Source: Octopus bimaculoides
Lineage: Eukaryota
Assembly: GCF_001194135.2 (NCBI RefSeq)
Contig: NC_068990.1
Span: 52,511,266 to 52,575,265 of the forward strand
Length of the DNA: 64,000 bases
Direction: 5' to 3'
A model generated the notes under the pieces. That model searched no databases. It was not told the origin of the DNA and saw only the letters and a list, made by a program, of their open reading frames with translations. Within the stretch, counting starts at the first letter, position 1, and each line of letters starts with the position of its first letter. The position numbers and the translations under genes are program-made. Below, in pieces: positions 61,183-64,000 of this stretch.

Positions 61183-61910
61183 CAGGGTGGGTGAAAAGTA
61201 AGTAGGCAATAAAAATTGGTAATAAAATCTATATTCCTTTTACAAATTTATTGAAACAAATGAAACATGTTCTCTATTACATGGGAAAATTAGAGTAAAT
61301 CTTCATATTTCAATGTAAGCACCAGTGGCATCAACCAGTGTCCTCAAACAGCCAGAGATGGAATGAACAACCTTCTGAAGGATGTCGTCTGGGAGAACCT
61401 CCTGAATCCATATCTCCAAGTCCTCCAGTGTGCGTGGTTTTGTCTTGTACATCTCTTCTTTTGTATAATCCCGCAGGTGAAAACCACATGGAGTGAGATC
61501 TGGACATCTTGGATTCCTGAACTTCTGCAGTCACAGTCTTCAGGTTTTAGCTCCTGCACATAATGGGGTTTCCATGGAAAAAAATTCAATTCTTTATGCA
61601 ATACCGTACATATTGTGTGTCTTGTTAGTCCACTTTCATGAGCTGCTTGACATGCTGATTTTTGCAGGCTGCGATTAAACATTTCCTGCACTGTTGCCAC
61701 GTTCTCCGCTGATGAGGATGTGGTTGGATGGCCACTTCTTGCATCATTCACAGAGCCCATGGTCATCAGCTTTGCATAACAACTTTTTAATGTCTCTGGA
61801 TGTATGCCACCATCTCTGAACCAAAACAATGGAACTCCACACTTCATAGCCTGCTGCTATCTTAGCTCTCACCTGAACAGTCAAGCGACCGGACATCTGG
61901 AAAATAAGAA
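61183..61910 (-). mobile_element. Tc1/mariner transposon (PRSPDL/DD37D maT-like type), internally deleted, one TIR seen
   Basis: TA|CAGGGTGGGTGAAAAGTAAGT TIR; minus-strand MSGRLTVQVRAKIAAGYEVW, RSGHPTT..ENV, PWKPHYVQEL, then PRCPDLTPCGF..KPRTLEDL...GAYIE; the catalytic middle is missing. Confidence 0.8.
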
Positions 61911-62415
61911 ATAAGACAAGAAAATAAGAAATCCCCATTAAAGTTGTCTGTTTAATTTTATTCTCAAATGCAGGATAATGCTAATAATATAGCATGAACA
62001 GGATAAACTGTCCATATTTCCTTTGAATTAATTTTTACAATCCAGCCATCCTTTCACATGGAATTTCGCCTATATTTAAACTATGACTCTGAAGTGACTT
62101 TATATATAAGGGGACTGCTATCATGTATGTATATCAGAAAAAAATATATATAAGTTGAAACAGTTTGTTGGCCTTTTATGGATTTTTAATTGTTTATGTT
62201 ATATAATACTATGGTATTTTATATTATATTCATAGTATATCATGTAATATTATAATATAAATGAATTATTGGACTGTCAATAGTATCTCTATTTAATTTA
62301 TCGTTGTAATTGTATTATACCAATATTTATATGGTATTCAACTGACGTACCAGTGAATTGGATGTTTAACAAACCCCTTTGAAGGATTACTTTTCCTCAG
62401 TTTGTTACATATATA

Positions 62416-62450
<35 letters not shown>

Positions 62451-62498
62451 ATATGCATACATATATATGTATATATATATTTATGTATATATGTATAT

Positions 62499-63240
62499 AT
62501 ACAAATAAAGAAATGATTTTATTCTCAAATGCAGGATAAGAATAAACTATCCATATTTTCCAGAAAAATCTGTCGGTGGTCAGCCATGAAATTCAAACTC
62601 ACATTCCTGTGATTATACGTCAAGTGCTTTATCATTAAGCTAAACTGCCTGAATGACAAATTCTACTGCAAATTTAGGATATATAAATCTAGCTTCATAA
62701 GATGCTATCATACATTAAATTTAACTTACGTTGAAAGTCAACAAAAAAGTTTGCTTTAGAAGTGTTGAGATGTATTGAAAGATACAAATAAGGAAATATG
62801 GATAGTTTGTCCTGTTCATGCTATATTATTAGAATTATCCTGCGTTTGAGAATAAAATTATTTCCTTATTTGTATCTTTCAATACATCTCAATGCTTCTA
62901 AAGCAAACTTTGTTTGTTGACTTTCAACATAAGTTAAATTTAATGCGCGAAAGCATCTTATAAAACTAAATTTATATATCCTAAATTTGCAGAAGAATTT
63001 GTTGTTCGGGCAATTTAGCTTAATGGTAAAGCACTTGATGTGTAATCACAGGGGTACAAGTTTCAGTCTCATGGCTGGCCACCGACAGATTTTTCTGTAA
63101 AATATGGATAATTTATCCTGTTCATGCTATATTATTAGCATTATCCTGCATTTGATAATAAAATTATTTCCTTATTTGTATCTTTCAATATATTTCAATG
63201 CTTCTAAGGCGTTGACTCTCAACGTAAGTTGAATTTAACG
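62499..63240. repeat. Palindromic plus tandem array of a 306-bp AT-rich unit containing a tRNA-like module (extra inverted fragment at 61954-62021)
   Basis: 62499-62798 is the reverse complement of ~62859-63180 with a 60-nt spacer; ATATGGATA...TCCTGTTCATGCTATATT recurs at 62796 and 63102. Confidence 0.9.
63008..63083 (+). other. tRNA-like module inside the 306-bp unit (degenerate; inverted copy at 62575-62650)
   Basis: TAGCTTAATGGTAAAGCA D-arm/A-box, TGT (other copy TAT) in an anticodon-like loop, AGTTTCAGT/AGTTTGAAT T-loop remnant, GGCTGGCC-ACC 3' acceptor; stems imperfect, so not called a functional tRNA. Confidence 0.6.
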
Positions 63241-63300
63241 TATATGTGTATGTGTATATATATATATATATATATACATACATACATACGTATATATGCT

Positions 63301-63630
63301 GAGACCCCTTCGGTCAGTCATGATTGCAACTAGAAAGTTACCCTCCCAGGCACAAGTCCGGGCAAGGTTATTTATGGAAGACCAGCAGTCGCCCATGCAT
63401 ACCAGCCTCCCCTCTCCATGCCACCAGTGTTATCCAAGGGAAAGGCAAAGGAGCTGATACAGCTTGGCACCTGTGATGTTGCAACTCATTTCTACAGCTG
63501 ATTGAACTGGATCAACGTGAAATAAAGTGTCTTGCTCAAGATCACAACATACAGCCCGATCCGGGATTCGAACTCACAACCTTACGATTGTAAGCTCAAC
63601 GCTCTAACCACTGAGCCATGCGCCTTCACA
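63301..63630 (-). mobile_element. tRNA-derived SINE family 2, full length
   Basis: Reverse complement: GGCGCATGGCTCAGTGGTTAGAGCG (A box), GAGTTCGAATCCC (B box), CTTGAGCAAGACACTT central domain, unique tail. Confidence 0.88.
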
Positions 63631-63953
63631 CGTATATATGTATATATATATATAACCTTATATATACACACACACATATATATATGGAGCTATATAGATA
63701 AAATGGGGCATGCCAATGCTAGGCCGAAACAGCTGTAAGATTTTGTCCCTTCTTCGGTTGTGAGATGTCCTTTTAAATTTGAAATTATAATTGTTGATAT
63801 GACATAGTATGTCATAAGTGTCTGTATATTGCCTTTATTGTCCTTTTGGTTGTAAAATAAACAGATTAATTAACAGGGTACAGTGTCTGCAAGTTGATGA
63901 GTACCTCATATTCCCCTCCATTTTCTTATTGCTCTCTCTCTATATATATATGC

Positions 63954-63993
<40 letters not shown>

Positions 63994-64000
63994 ATATATA

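Noticed and set aside
63545-63630. tRNA-like cloverleaf as a tRNA gene (also the heads at 45540 and 7950-8008)
   Set aside because: These continue directly into SINE body and tail, so they are SINE heads, not tRNA genes.

Overview
Eukaryotic, AT-rich, repeat-saturated animal genomic DNA with several N gaps. The SINE families, RTE tails and dense (TA)n/(TG)n/(ATT)n tracts look like an octopus genome; this is an inference from repeat style, not a database result. Only one host coding exon is supportable: the first coding exon (41296-41496, minus) of a KCTD2/5/17-type (insomniac-like) BTB gene. No downstream exon was found, so the left ~41 kb is probably intron 1. The rest is a nested set of decayed transposons: three RTE LINEs plus many RTE 3' tails, two R4/Dong-like RLE elements, a CR1-like LINE, a Tx1/L1-like LINE, two or three Penelope-like elements, a two-LTR Gypsy element, a Tigger/pogo with both TIRs, two Helitrons, mariner remnants, TTAA MITEs and at least three tRNA-derived SINE families. 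There is no CRISPR array, rRNA or convincing functional tRNA. The best leads are four. (1) The Gypsy element has no tRNA-type PBS but has a perfect 17-bp U5/leader hairpin, a candidate for Tf1-like self-priming. (2) A tandem ~670-bp monomer with TATA, Inr and a GT-AG intron sits directly upstream of a near full-length RTE. (3) A Penelope-like RT has an IFD-sized insertion yet a C-terminal GIY-YIG. (4) A 306-bp tRNA-containing unit is arranged as a long palindrome plus tandem. All family names come from motif recognition by eye and need database confirmation; many boundaries are approximate.
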